Positions 31,568-41,797 are shown, counted from the stretch's first letter. The stretch: 64,000 nt of DNA from a virus (IMGVR_UViG_3300046786_000502:32001-96000), one strand, 5' to 3'. Numbers and translations are program-made. The notes: a model not told the origin generated them from the letters alone.

Positions 31568-32291
31568 AGTAAACAAAGTACGTTTTTTCAACATTAGCGA
31601 AAAGACACTAAACTTTGTCCCAGAACCTGGACCTGCAAGTAAGTTTATGCCAGCTTGGTATAAGAAGCAACCAGGTAACGTTGATGAAAACATGTTGGCT
31701 GTAACTGGTCAGCCAGCAAATACTGTAAAGAAGTGCATGCCAATCTTTGATGCAATGACTGGTGGATACATTATTACACTTCCAATGGACATCTTTGTTG
31801 ATGCCAGCCATCCAGATAAGCTAGATAAGCAGATACCTGCTGCAATGGGTGGATACAAAGCAGAAATTTTTGCAACTCATGATCGCAAGCAATACTCAGA
31901 ATACCCAATTGATGAAGAGGTCTACCACAAAGATCTTCTTAGAATTTTCCCATTTTGGGTTGTAGGTACTAGCGAAGGCGTAAGCTCTTTGTTTATTCAG
32001 CCATTGCACAGAGACCAGACACCACTATTTGCATTGTCTGGAATTATTGATACAGATCAATACCCATCAGATGGTCATCTATCCTTTATGGTCAAGAAGG
32101 GCTTTAAGGGTATCATTCCACAGGGCACTCCACTAGTACAGGTCATTCCATTTAAGCGAGAACCGTTTGAGATGGAGTTTGTAGATCAGGCAGAAACAGA
32201 AGAGTACCTGATGAAAAAGCGTATGACACTAAGAAGTTCATTCTCAAACAGTTATAAAAACAAGTTTAGAACTAAGAAGGAATGGAACTAA
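31551..32291 (+). CDS. DUF6065-like protein (dUTPase-like fold suspected)
   Basis: P.WYK, KKCMP..DA..GGY, SGIIDTD, IPQGTPLVQVIPFKR. Confidence 0.65.
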   Translation: MKKKNKVNKVRFFNISEKTLNFVPEPGPASKFMPAWYKKQPGNVDENMLAVTGQPANTVKKCMPIFDAMTGGYIITLPMDIFVDASHPDKLDKQIPAAMGGYKAEIFATHDRKQYSEYPIDEEVYHKDLLRIFPFWVVGTSEGVSSLFIQPLHRDQTPLFALSGIIDTDQYPSDGHLSFMVKKGFKGIIPQGTPLVQVIPFKREPFEMEFVDQAETEEYLMKKRMTLRSSFSNSYKNKFRTKKEWN

Positions 32292-33080
32292 GTGTCAGAC
32301 AAGCCACTAGAGATACGATATATCCCACCTTATCTATATGGTAAGCAGCCTGGGATGTCTGAGCATATCCCTCCTGAACCTGCCGTTAGGCATATCCCAG
32401 AGTGGTATCGATCTCTAGCTAGGCACAACAAATCTAATGATGATATAACTCTAGATCCACAGAATCATATTGGCAATGATGGTGCACAGGTATCTACAAA
32501 GATGTGTATGCCATATTTTGATGCACTAACTGCAGGGTATGTTTATGTTCTAGAAGATGACTTGTATGTTGATTTAGATAAAGATGGTCATCCAATCCTA
32601 TCTTGGAAGAATGATATCATGCTTGTAGATACAAGAATTATCTTCGATGTTCCACTAATCGATAACTGCCACCCAATTCATTATGGATGGAGACAGAACT
32701 GGTATTATGAAACACCACCAGGATACTCAGTTTTAATTACCCACCCAATGAACAGATTTGACCTACCATTCTATACTCTATCTGGAATAGTAGAGTCAGA
32801 TATCTGGGGTCTTCCAGTGTTTACAGCGTTTCAACTTAAAAGAAATTTTAGGGGGGTTATCCCAAAGGGCACACCACTCTTCCAGGTAATTCCATTCAAG
32901 AGGGATAACTGGGAGCTGAAGGTAGACGATAGCCAAGAAGCAATTGATGAGCATTGGTTTAGGGCTGAGAACAGAAGATCTATGCTATACGGATACTACA
33001 AGAAGACTGCATGGAGAAAAAAGCTATTTGGAATCTTTAATAAGAAAGATGACAAGGGGACAGATCACGATGACGTTTGA
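32292..33080 (+). CDS. DUF6065-like protein, paralog of the previous gene
   Basis: PEWYR, KMCMP..DA..AGY, TPPGYSVLITHP.NR, IPKGTPLFQVIPFKR. Confidence 0.65.
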   Translation: MSDKPLEIRYIPPYLYGKQPGMSEHIPPEPAVRHIPEWYRSLARHNKSNDDITLDPQNHIGNDGAQVSTKMCMPYFDALTAGYVYVLEDDLYVDLDKDGHPILSWKNDIMLVDTRIIFDVPLIDNCHPIHYGWRQNWYYETPPGYSVLITHPMNRFDLPFYTLSGIVESDIWGLPVFTAFQLKRNFRGVIPKGTPLFQVIPFKRDNWELKVDDSQEAIDEHWFRAENRRSMLYGYYKKTAWRKKLFGIFNKKDDKGTDHDDV

Positions 33081-33972
33081 TAAAAAGATCGAAGACTATA
33101 AGATAATATTTGTTGTTACGTCCTATAAGGATAAGAACTTTATAGATTTTCTTAAGCACACATATGATGTAACACACCCACACTGTTATTTTGAGGTGTA
33201 TGAATCTAACCCAATTATTCATGATTTGGAAATCAAAAAGCTAGATTTTAATGTGGCATATGATTATAATATCTGGGATTCAATAGAGAGCCCAGTTTCT
33301 AAAAAGACTAAACGCCTAGAATGGGTTGCTAGAGATAACAGGAATGATAATGATGTTGTATGCTTTATAACACCAGACACTATCCTTTCCAAAGATTGGT
33401 ATGTCGATGTTATCAAGTTCTTAAAAGAAAATCCAAACTCAGTCATCTCTGGTAACGGTAAGGCAAAGATTGAGCAAAAGGATTATTTTTCATATCAGAT
33501 TAACTTTGAAGAGTCTAGCCAGTGGGAAAAAAATCAGATTGTGACAAAGCACTTTATGGTTGGTTTTGCTAGAACGTTCAAGCCTATCAAGGGCCCAGGG
33601 TATTTAAAGTACAATGGAGAAGATGAAGCGTGGACACTAGAGCTATTATCAAATAATATAGATATATATGGTGCACCATCATCCTTGTATACAGACACTA
33701 AGAATAGATCTATGGAGACTACTTATAAAACTTGGTCACCTGACCATAATTACAACGTAGTTGTTGATTTGATTAAGGGGAATAACCTTGACAAGTATAA
33801 CGTTACAGAACAGGGATTGGAAAAATTCTTGTCTGCTCATAGCTCCATAAATCCAGACGAGCTGTACCCACTACCATATCCTACAAATGATGTTGACTAT
33901 GACCCATACAATCTCAAGATGCATGAGGTTGATGCTAGAAGATTTATCGCTGGAGTAAAGGCTATTTACTAA
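33070..33972 (+). CDS. Degenerate GT-A glycosyltransferase-like protein (Gnt1-like)
   Basis: IIFVVTSYKD N-terminus and YNGEDE motif as in paralogs, but DSH replaced by TPD. Confidence 0.55.
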   Translation: MTFDKKIEDYKIIFVVTSYKDKNFIDFLKHTYDVTHPHCYFEVYESNPIIHDLEIKKLDFNVAYDYNIWDSIESPVSKKTKRLEWVARDNRNDNDVVCFITPDTILSKDWYVDVIKFLKENPNSVISGNGKAKIEQKDYFSYQINFEESSQWEKNQIVTKHFMVGFARTFKPIKGPGYLKYNGEDEAWTLELLSNNIDIYGAPSSLYTDTKNRSMETTYKTWSPDHNYNVVVDLIKGNNLDKYNVTEQGLEKFLSAHSSINPDELYPLPYPTNDVDYDPYNLKMHEVDARRFIAGVKAIY

Positions 33973-34592
33973 TGACAAATTTAATTCATGTTATACCTAA
34001 TTTTGTAGATGCAGAAGATGCAGAACTTTGGATGAAAGAAGCAGATCATCCATCTGCTAGAGAAGACTATCCAGATTATTATAATGATAGATTTGGTGGT
34101 ACAGCCTTACCATATAACGACAACACAAGATATTTAAATAAAAAGTATGGTCGTAAAGCTGCAGAATATGTTAAGCAATTGTATGGATTTAAAAGTCCAG
34201 TACATGTGTATAAGGTATTTATGAATCACACTACAGATGTTGGATATTCTGGTGGTGTACACACTGACTCAGTTGATCCAGAACCATGGATAGAGTGGTC
34301 AGCAGTTCTATATCTAGACGATAAGTTTACTGGGGCAAACCTACATTTTCCAAATCAGGACTATATCCATATACCAAAGCCACTAGAGGCTGTGATATTT
34401 CCATCTTCTGGAACATCGCACGTTCACGGCATATCAGAAATGAAGAGTGGTGAAAGATATTCTATAGTCGTTTGTCTGACAAGTCTTCCATGGAAAGCTG
34501 ATCCAGATATGCTGGAATCAGATGATAATATGGATTATGTTGGTGGATCGTGGGACATGGAAAAAGAGGAGAAAAAGCGTGGAATGGCGTAA
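33972..34592 (+). CDS. 2OG-Fe(II) oxygenase (P4Hc-like)
   Basis: VHTD, SAVLYL, HFP, IFPS, HVHG, SGERY. Confidence 0.85.
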   Translation: MTNLIHVIPNFVDAEDAELWMKEADHPSAREDYPDYYNDRFGGTALPYNDNTRYLNKKYGRKAAEYVKQLYGFKSPVHVYKVFMNHTTDVGYSGGVHTDSVDPEPWIEWSAVLYLDDKFTGANLHFPNQDYIHIPKPLEAVIFPSSGTSHVHGISEMKSGERYSIVVCLTSLPWKADPDMLESDDNMDYVGGSWDMEKEEKKRGMA

Positions 34593-35241
34593 AGACTATT
34601 ACAAGCCAAGAATTATCAAGAATGTTCTGACAGAAGAAGAGATTGATGAGCTAACTGCTGCTGTCCATTTTGCCAGAAACAATCAGGGATACTCTCCTGT
34701 TGTATTTAAGTGGTGGGGCAGACTATCTCATGATGTAACCGTTCCAGAAAGTGTTAAGAAAAAGTTTGACAGCATAGTCAAACAGATTGATCCAAGCTTT
34801 AATCAGGTAGATCAGAATTCATTTATATACTCTGGAATATATGGAAAGAAGACCCATCTACCGCCACACCAAGATGCTGGTGGAAAATTGGAAATAACCC
34901 TTGACTATCAACTAGATGCAAATGTTAGTTGGCCAGTAGTTGTAGAGGGCGAAGAGTTTGTACTTGAAAACAATGATCTGTTAATTTTTGGTGGGGCATC
35001 ATATGTGCACTGGAGAACAGAGAAATTTTTAACAGAAGATGAGCACGTTGACATGTTTAGTGTTAGCTATGCACGTCCAGAGTATGCTCAAGAATTTAAC
35101 AGTAACCGTGAAACCTACATGGCAGATGTTGACAAGAGAATGCTAGAGGCACACAGAATATATAATCCATCTTTTGATACAAGATCTTGCATAAGTAATG
35201 ACCAGATAGACCACTCAAGATGCAGTCACGAAGAATTATAA
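34579..35241 (+). CDS. 2OG-Fe(II) oxygenase-like protein (paralog of 13640/14197)
   Basis: LPPHQD, DYQLD, WPV, HWR. GTG start with gaggag SD. Confidence 0.7.
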   Translation: MEWRKDYYKPRIIKNVLTEEEIDELTAAVHFARNNQGYSPVVFKWWGRLSHDVTVPESVKKKFDSIVKQIDPSFNQVDQNSFIYSGIYGKKTHLPPHQDAGGKLEITLDYQLDANVSWPVVVEGEEFVLENNDLLIFGGASYVHWRTEKFLTEDEHVDMFSVSYARPEYAQEFNSNRETYMADVDKRMLEAHRIYNPSFDTRSCISNDQIDHSRCSHEEL

Positions 35242-35312
35242 ATAATATAAAGTTCTTTTTTTGGAAAATCAAGAATAGAAAAAAGCTTAAGAAGAAGGAC
35301 TTTATTTATTAA
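35220..35312 (+). CDS. Lys-rich micropeptide MQSRRIINNIKFFFWKIKNRKKLKKKDFIY
   Basis: Fills the gap; TAATG-coupled to the SGNH-like gene; C-terminus resembles ORF 51414-51512. Confidence 0.55.
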   Translation: MQSRRIINNIKFFFWKIKNRKKLKKKDFIY

Positions 35313-36121
35313 TGGGCTTGTTGTTTGACTTTGGGGAAGGCTCAAAAGGCAGTGGAATGAAGTTCTCAAGGGGACTGCAGTACAGTGGATATAGCCAAGA
35401 CTTTGGTCTCAGGGATTCCAGACTGAACCGTATTGAACAGCTAAATAGTTTAGGTTTCAGATGCGATGAGTTTACTAAAACCCACAATGGCAGACATATA
35501 TTATTTGCTGGATGCTCTTTTACATGGGGAGATGCATTGCCTAAAGAAGAGTCTTGGCCTTACCTTCTCTTAAAAGACCTAGAGAAAACTGAGCCAGTAA
35601 GTGGATTCTTTAGCGTTGCCTATCCTGGATCAAGCATTGCACATCAGATATCATTAATATTTAAATACATAAATGATTATGGAAACCCAGATGTAATATT
35701 TTTTATGATGCCAAATCTTGGAAGATTCTTTACTATTGTAGAAGATCATAACCAGATTACCTCATCAATTATAAAGCCAAACACCCACAAAGAATGTCCA
35801 CAGTCCTTTGAACTAGTGGCACACATATCTTTTGAGATGTACTCAATGCTAGATCAATATTGTAGGTCAAATAGTATCAAGCTGGTATCATCTTCTTGGC
35901 AACACTCAGAAGATAAAAATATAGTTGGAAACACTGCAGAATTATTTGATGGCAAGTTTGAAACCTTTTTCTCATACAGAGATATGGGCGAGGGTAAATG
36001 GATGTATGAATATATGCAAACAGATAAGGATGCCAAGATTTTAGCTAGTGATAATGCTCATCCTGGTAAAGCTAGACAGGCCTGGTTTGCACACATTATG
36101 CTGAATAAGTATTTAAATTAA
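35312..36121 (+). CDS. SGNH/GDSL-like hydrolase or acyltransferase
   Basis: NSLGFRCDEF, LFAGCSFTWG, PGSS, DNAHPG. Confidence 0.7.
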   Translation: MGLLFDFGEGSKGSGMKFSRGLQYSGYSQDFGLRDSRLNRIEQLNSLGFRCDEFTKTHNGRHILFAGCSFTWGDALPKEESWPYLLLKDLEKTEPVSGFFSVAYPGSSIAHQISLIFKYINDYGNPDVIFFMMPNLGRFFTIVEDHNQITSSIIKPNTHKECPQSFELVAHISFEMYSMLDQYCRSNSIKLVSSSWQHSEDKNIVGNTAELFDGKFETFFSYRDMGEGKWMYEYMQTDKDAKILASDNAHPGKARQAWFAHIMLNKYLN

Positions 36122-37027
36122 CTTGCATGTTACTGGATCATATCCAGCAAACTCAATATACTCTTCAATTGAGCGTTCTGTAAGTGCACCATTAATTGGA
36201 TCATATATCTTATTAATAAAGATAGACTTAAAATATTCATGGTCCTCTTGCTCTTTTTGACCCCAGGCCTGTTGCCACTTTGGATCCTTGTACCTTGAAT
36301 ACTTGATGTACGAGTCTGGATCCGCATGCTTGTAGTCATAGCCAATCAGGTAGCATCCAGCAGAGCCAATAATATTGTAACCACCTGTATACGCTCTAAG
36401 CATCATCATAGGCTGTTCATATTTGAATAGAATGTTGTTGGCCTGTGGTACATCATATAAGAATTGTGTTTTTCCAAATAGATGTCCTGCACATACAAAT
36501 CGCTCTATAGTCTGCACATTTTGTTTTGTAATCTGCTTGCCCATAATTGGTCCACCATAAATCTCAAACCACTCTTCATCTGGCTCAGCTGTCCATGTAG
36601 AGCCTCTAAACTCTCCATCCCAATCCGTAAAGGTTGTTGGGATATATCCACCAATAATGCTTTTGCCAAAATTAGCATTGGCTTCATCTAGCTCTCTTAT
36701 GAAGTCAGCGTCCCAGTTGTCTGCAAATTTTGTGTGGGAGTCAACTTGCAAAAAATAATCCTCATCTTGTACCATAGTCATGGCAACTTCACCACGTATT
36801 TTTGTGAGGGACAGTGGGGCAGTATTAGCATCTATCCAAGTAAGCCTTACCTCTGGACCAAGATTATATATATCATTAATCATCCACCTATCTTCTTCGT
36901 AGCCCTGGAAGACACAGCCAAACACAACCCTATCCTTTTCAGATGCTGTAGCATAAGCTGATTTGATAGTGTTGATTATGAATGGATCTCTCCAAGCAGA
37001 TATCTGAACAATTATCTTATTTTCCAT
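36113..37027 (-). CDS. GlcNAc-transferase family (Gnt1/GT60-like) glycosyltransferase
   Basis: IIVQISAWRDP, EDYFLQVDSHTKF..NWD, YEQ...RAYTGGY. Confidence 0.8.
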   Translation of the reverse strand: MENKIIVQISAWRDPFIINTIKSAYATASEKDRVVFGCVFQGYEEDRWMINDIYNLGPEVRLTWIDANTAPLSLTKIRGEVAMTMVQDEDYFLQVDSHTKFADNWDADFIRELDEANANFGKSIIGGYIPTTFTDWDGEFRGSTWTAEPDEEWFEIYGGPIMGKQITKQNVQTIERFVCAGHLFGKTQFLYDVPQANNILFKYEQPMMMLRAYTGGYNIIGSAGCYLIGYDYKHADPDSYIKYSRYKDPKWQQAWGQKEQEDHEYFKSIFINKIYDPINGALTERSIEEYIEFAGYDPVTCKLI

Positions 37028-37081
37028 GATTTTCCTTACGTGATATAATTAAGTATACCAGAACGCCTAAAGGGAGGTAGT

Positions 37082-37672
37082 ATGGCAGAGAAAAATACAG
37101 CAGCTCTATTGGTAGAGATTGCTAAGCAAGAACTTGGAACTATCGAAGGTCCAAAAGATAACGAAACCAAATATGGTAAATTTACAAAAGCAAACTTTCA
37201 AGCTTGGTGTGGAAGTTTTGTTATGTGGTGTGCTGATCAGGCAGGGGTAAAGGTGCCCAATACTGTTTACACACCAGCAGGTGCAGCAGCATTTGAAAAA
37301 GCTGGAACATGGATTAGTGCAAAAAGTGGAGAATCTCCACAGCCAGGAGATATCCTTTATTTCGATTTCCCAGAAGATGGGGTCAATAGGATTTCTCATG
37401 TTGGTATTTGTATTAAGGCTGGTAAAGACGGAGTGTGCACAGCCATTGAGGGAAACACATCAGGAACTGCAAAGGGTGACCAAAGAAATGGTGGCATGGT
37501 TGCAGAAAAGGTACGTGGGTATGCAAAAAATAAAAAGGGTATCCAGGTGTCTATTGTTGGCTGGGGTAGACCAAAGTTTACATCTTCATCTAAATCAACA
37601 ACAACTGAAAATACAACAGTGTTAGATACAGACTCTGTAGAAGAAATTTGTTGCGAATATCCATTAACATAA
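37082..37672 (+). CDS. CHAP-domain amidase/endolysin
   Basis: AWCGSFVMW, PQPGD, SHVGI, IEGNTS. Confidence 0.9.
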   Translation: MAEKNTAALLVEIAKQELGTIEGPKDNETKYGKFTKANFQAWCGSFVMWCADQAGVKVPNTVYTPAGAAAFEKAGTWISAKSGESPQPGDILYFDFPEDGVNRISHVGICIKAGKDGVCTAIEGNTSGTAKGDQRNGGMVAEKVRGYAKNKKGIQVSIVGWGRPKFTSSSKSTTTENTTVLDTDSVEEICCEYPLT

Positions 37673-37706
37673 TGTGTTAAAATAGATTGTACAGAAGGAG
37701 GGCCAA

Positions 37707-38465
37707 ATGGCCAACTATCAATATCCGATTGACGGAGGAAAGAACAAGGGCTGGAAAGTCAGCAGCCTAATGGGATGGAGAATCCACCCAGTTCAGAAAA
37801 CTAAAAAGCACCACAACGGTACTGACATCTTTGGACTAGGCAAAGGTCCATGGTATGTAGAAGCATTTGCTGATGGAAAAGTTCTAAAGGCACAAAAGTC
37901 AACTGCTCCTGGCGGTGGCTTTGGTAACTATGTAGTTCTTTTGCACAAGATTGACGGTGTTGCATATACCTCGTTATACGCACACATGGTAGAAGGATCT
38001 TTGCAGGTTAAGGTTGGGCAGACAGTAACAGCTGGAACAGTTCTTGGTAAGATGGGAACTACTGGTATGTCAACTGGTGTTCACCTACACTGGGAGATCT
38101 GGAAGGGTAAGGAACACGGCTGGTCTGCAGACGGTAAGGGATTCGTAGAACCAATTCGCTTTGTAGAAGCACTCATGGCAGCAGAAAAGGTAAAGGCAAC
38201 TGCTGATGAGGTAACACCTGCTGACGCACCTGCACAGCCTCTACCAGCACACTCAGCTATGCCAGAGGAGAAGCCAAAGGCTGCTCCAAAGCCTGCTGCA
38301 AAACCTACTGCAACGGCACCAGCAAAGGTACATACTGTTAAATCAGGAGATACCCTTGCAGCAATTGCAGCTAAGAACAAAACAACAATTGATAAGTTAG
38401 TTAAGCTTAATGGAATTAAGAATGCTAATAAAATTGCTGTTGGTCAAAAAATTAAGCTTGGCTAG
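37707..38465 (+). CDS. M23 peptidase with C-terminal LysM (endolysin)
   Basis: HNGTD, YAHM, STGVHLHWE; LysM HTVKSGDTL...LNGI. Confidence 0.92.
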   Translation: MANYQYPIDGGKNKGWKVSSLMGWRIHPVQKTKKHHNGTDIFGLGKGPWYVEAFADGKVLKAQKSTAPGGGFGNYVVLLHKIDGVAYTSLYAHMVEGSLQVKVGQTVTAGTVLGKMGTTGMSTGVHLHWEIWKGKEHGWSADGKGFVEPIRFVEALMAAEKVKATADEVTPADAPAQPLPAHSAMPEEKPKAAPKPAAKPTATAPAKVHTVKSGDTLAAIAAKNKTTIDKLVKLNGIKNANKIAVGQKIKLG

Positions 38466-38495
38466 TTGACAAGCATTCCCATTGGGTGGTATACT
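38466..38495 (+). promoter_or_regulatory. SigA-type promoter
   Basis: TTGACA-N18-TATACT with extended TG. Confidence 0.65.
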
Positions 38496-38539
38496 TAATA
38501 TAGTATGCCACCCTTTGTGGCTTTAATCTAGGAGGATAT

Positions 38540-38740
38540 ATGGAATCCAGGAAAAGAAGTCTTATTAAGACTATTAGCTGGCAACTTTTGCACATGTCTA
38601 TGGTTGCTGGAACAATTTTGATCCTAACTGGCGAATGGGAAATTGCAGGCATTGCAGCCATCGCTGAACTATTTTGGGAGTCAGTACTTTATTTTGCACA
38701 TGAACGTGTATGGGCTAAGTGGGGAAAGAAAGTCAAGTAA
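38540..38740 (+). CDS. DUF2061-like membrane protein
   Basis: ESRKRSLIKTISW...YFAHERVW. Confidence 0.85.
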   Translation: MESRKRSLIKTISWQLLHMSMVAGTILILTGEWEIAGIAAIAELFWESVLYFAHERVWAKWGKKVK

Positions 38741-38916
38741 TGCCAGTATATGAATATGCATGTACATCATGTGATAATACTTTTCAAGAAACCAGAAGCA
38801 TTCATGACCCATCTCCAGATCACATCTGCGAGAAGTGTGGCTATAGAATGCGTCAGGTATTAGGTACACCAGCTGTTCATTTCAAGGGCAGCGGTTTTTA
38901 TAACACAGACAAATAA
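38740..38916 (+). CDS. FmdB-family zinc ribbon protein
   Basis: MPVYEYAC..C...CEKCG...FKGSGFYNTD. Confidence 0.88.
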   Translation: MPVYEYACTSCDNTFQETRSIHDPSPDHICEKCGYRMRQVLGTPAVHFKGSGFYNTDK

Positions 38917-38930
38917 TAGGAGAGACTGTT

Positions 38931-39170
38931 ATGGATGCAGTAGCAGAAGTAAAAGAGTGGGTATTGACAGCAAATGATCGCTGTGACTCTTGTGGGGCTC
39001 AGGCCTATGTTCAGGTAACTGGTGTTTCTGGTGACCTACTATTTTGTGCCCACCATTACAATTCCATTATGGATAACGCTGTTGGATATGACAAGATGAT
39101 GAAGTTTGCATACTCATTTATTGATGAGCGTGAACGACTACAAGAGAACAGGACAAAGGGAGATGACTAA
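38931..39170 (+). CDS. Actinobacterial small zinc-binding protein
   Basis: LTANDRCDSCGAQAYV...LLFCAHH. Confidence 0.8.
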   Translation: MDAVAEVKEWVLTANDRCDSCGAQAYVQVTGVSGDLLFCAHHYNSIMDNAVGYDKMMKFAYSFIDERERLQENRTKGDD

Positions 39171-40170
39171 GAGAGTATTGCTGACTGGCTCATCAGGCCT
39201 GCTTGGCTCTCATACCCTTAAGAGGATTTTGCAAACAACTGATTGGGATGTTGTGTGCCTATCAACATTTAACCATACTGGCATTCAGGATCGTGTTATC
39301 GAGGCTGCCAATCTAAACACTGACAAATATCGTGCAAGAGTTAAGGTGTTGATTTGTGACCTGTCTTCTCCAATTTCAGATGTCACTAAGTCAAAAATTG
39401 GAAAGATTGACTACGTTATTAACTTTGCTAGTGAAAGTCATGTGACAAGAAGTATAGAAAATCCTACACCATTTATTTTGAACAATGTTCAGCTCATCTG
39501 TAACCTTTTAGATTGGGCAAGAGAAAATCCAGTAGAAAAGTTTTTGCATATTTCTACAGATGAAGTTTTTGGTCCATATCAGAATAGAGTTTTTACAGAG
39601 TGGGATCCTCATCTTCCTAGCAATCCATACAGTGCTTCTAAGGCTGCTCAGGAAAATATTGCATTCTCTTACTGGAGAACCTATGGGGTTCCAGTAGGCA
39701 TTGTAAATATTATGAATATCGTTGGTGAATATCAAAACGTAGAAAAGTATACGCCAATGATCATGAAGAAGGTTATGAACGATGAGGTTCTAGACGTACA
39801 TACCTATGACAATGGAAGCAAGATTGGTAGACGAAGCTGGCTTTATGTTGGCAATATGGCATCAGCTGTTTTGCATATTCTTGGACAAAGCTTTGATTCA
39901 GTTAATGAGTCAAATAAACTAAGTAGATGGAACATTGCTGGAGATGGCGACTATTCTAATCTTGAATGGGCAGAAAAAATTGCAGGTATTATTGGAAAAG
40001 ATCTAAAATATAGATTAGTAGATACAGCATCTTCTAGACCAGGCTATGATGCTAGTTATGCACTAAATAACCAGAAGCTACTCAATTCTGGATGGAAGCC
40101 ACCATACGATTTAGATGAGGCATTGGTAGATGTCGTTAAGTGGTATATGGAGCATCCAGAATGGTTGTAA
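39163..40170 (+). CDS. dTDP/NDP-glucose 4,6-dehydratase (RmlB-like)
   Basis: TGSSGLLG, ASESHVTRSI, STDEVFG, PYSASKA. Confidence 0.9.
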   Translation: MTKRVLLTGSSGLLGSHTLKRILQTTDWDVVCLSTFNHTGIQDRVIEAANLNTDKYRARVKVLICDLSSPISDVTKSKIGKIDYVINFASESHVTRSIENPTPFILNNVQLICNLLDWARENPVEKFLHISTDEVFGPYQNRVFTEWDPHLPSNPYSASKAAQENIAFSYWRTYGVPVGIVNIMNIVGEYQNVEKYTPMIMKKVMNDEVLDVHTYDNGSKIGRRSWLYVGNMASAVLHILGQSFDSVNESNKLSRWNIAGDGDYSNLEWAEKIAGIIGKDLKYRLVDTASSRPGYDASYALNNQKLLNSGWKPPYDLDEALVDVVKWYMEHPEWL

Positions 40171-41357
40171 GAAATAAGTGTCGTGCATGCAACAGTCCTA
40201 ATCTATTTTTAGCGATTGACCTTGGGATTCAACCATTGGCTGGCGGATTCGTCAAAGCAAAAGAGCCATCCTATCTGTATCCGAACAAGATGATGATTTG
40301 TAGTGATTGTGGTCTAGGCCAGCTATCTGTTGATATTAAGCCAAGTGAATTATATAAGAACTACAACTGGAGAACTTCAACAAGCAAATCTTATCTAGAT
40401 TATATCTATGAGTTTGCAGATAAAAACATTATACCTAGGGTAAATCCAGGGGAATGGGTTCTAGAGATTGCAAGTAATGATGGGTATCTGCTTAAGTATT
40501 TACAGTCAAATGATATTGATGTGCTTGGTGTAGACCCTGCAGAAAATATATCTAGATATGCTATTTGTGATGGGGTACCAGTCATTACAGACTTTTTTGG
40601 AACAGCGGTAGCAGAAGATATCGTTAGACTAAAGGGTAAGCCAAAGTGGATTATTGCTAATAATGTTATGGCACATACTCCAGATATTCAGGACTTTATG
40701 GCAGGAATAGCATTGCTATGTGACAGAGATACAATTGTTACAGTAGAGAATCCAACCATTATGAATATCATTGATCACGATCACTTCGATGTGATATTCC
40801 ATGAGCATTACTCATATTTGTCTGCTCATGCTGTTGCAAAGCTTGCCAATAAGATGGGGCTATCGTTATTCAATGTTCAGTCAGTTCCACCACAGGGTGG
40901 ATCAAATAGATATTGGATAAAGCAAGGTGGAGAGCCAACAGAAGGTGTTAGAACCGCAATCAGGGAAGAGCTGCAGTATGGTCTTCTAGATATAAATAAG
41001 TGGTCTGAAACTGAGGACAGGATTCGCAAATCAGCAAATGCATTCAATGGTAAAGTTGAGTCTATTTGGCAATCTGGTGGTGTTGTCTGTGGTGTTGGGG
41101 CATCTGCAAAGTCAACTGTAGTCCTTAATTTTGCTGGCGTACAATCAAAAAGAATTTCAGCAATTGCTGATGACGTAAAAGAAAAACAAGGTCGCTATGT
41201 TCCAGGACCCAATATACCAATTACAAGTATGGATGAAATGCTAAAACTTGATCCAACTGATATAATAGTTTTTGCATGGAACATCAGAGAGGATCTTGAG
41301 AAAAAGCTCAGAGATCTTGGGTACACAGGCAATGTCTGGGTATGGAATGGAGAATAA
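40161..41357 (+). CDS. NDP-sugar C-methyltransferase
   Basis: N-terminal CRAC...CSDC, EIASNDG, ANNVMAH, HEHYSY, GASAKS, FAWN. Confidence 0.88.
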   Translation: MVVRNKCRACNSPNLFLAIDLGIQPLAGGFVKAKEPSYLYPNKMMICSDCGLGQLSVDIKPSELYKNYNWRTSTSKSYLDYIYEFADKNIIPRVNPGEWVLEIASNDGYLLKYLQSNDIDVLGVDPAENISRYAICDGVPVITDFFGTAVAEDIVRLKGKPKWIIANNVMAHTPDIQDFMAGIALLCDRDTIVTVENPTIMNIIDHDHFDVIFHEHYSYLSAHAVAKLANKMGLSLFNVQSVPPQGGSNRYWIKQGGEPTEGVRTAIREELQYGLLDINKWSETEDRIRKSANAFNGKVESIWQSGGVVCGVGASAKSTVVLNFAGVQSKRISAIADDVKEKQGRYVPGPNIPITSMDEMLKLDPTDIIVFAWNIREDLEKKLRDLGYTGNVWVWNGE

Positions 41358-41774
41358 ATGTACGAGTATTATGTAAATGAAGTAACCAACGTAGTAGATG
41401 GAGACACCATTGACGTTGTAATTGATCTAGGGTTTGACATCCTATTTAAGAGTCGTGTACGCTTGGCTGGTATCGATACCCCAGAATCACGCACTACAGA
41501 TAAAGCTGAGAAGGCCCTAGGTCTTGAGGCTAAGGAGTACCTTAAGAAGAGCATTAAGTCAGCTAAGAAGGTAGTTATCCGAACTGAGAAGATGGATTCA
41601 TCTGAGAAGTATGGACGTATCCTTGGCTGGGTTTATCTAGATGATAGCTCTGAGTCAATCAACAACAAGATGATTAATGATGGCTATGCTTGGGGTTACC
41701 TTGGGGAAACCAAGATTAAAGATTTTGATGCACTAGCAAAGGCAAGAGCAAAGGCTGCTACAAAAACCAATTAA
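41358..41774 (+). CDS. Thermonuclease (SNase-like)
   Basis: VVDGDT, RLAGIDTPE, KYGRIL. Confidence 0.9.
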   Translation: MYEYYVNEVTNVVDGDTIDVVIDLGFDILFKSRVRLAGIDTPESRTTDKAEKALGLEAKEYLKKSIKSAKKVVIRTEKMDSSEKYGRILGWVYLDDSSESINNKMINDGYAWGYLGETKIKDFDALAKARAKAATKTN

Positions 41775-41797
41775 ACAAACAGGAGTATAATACTGTT

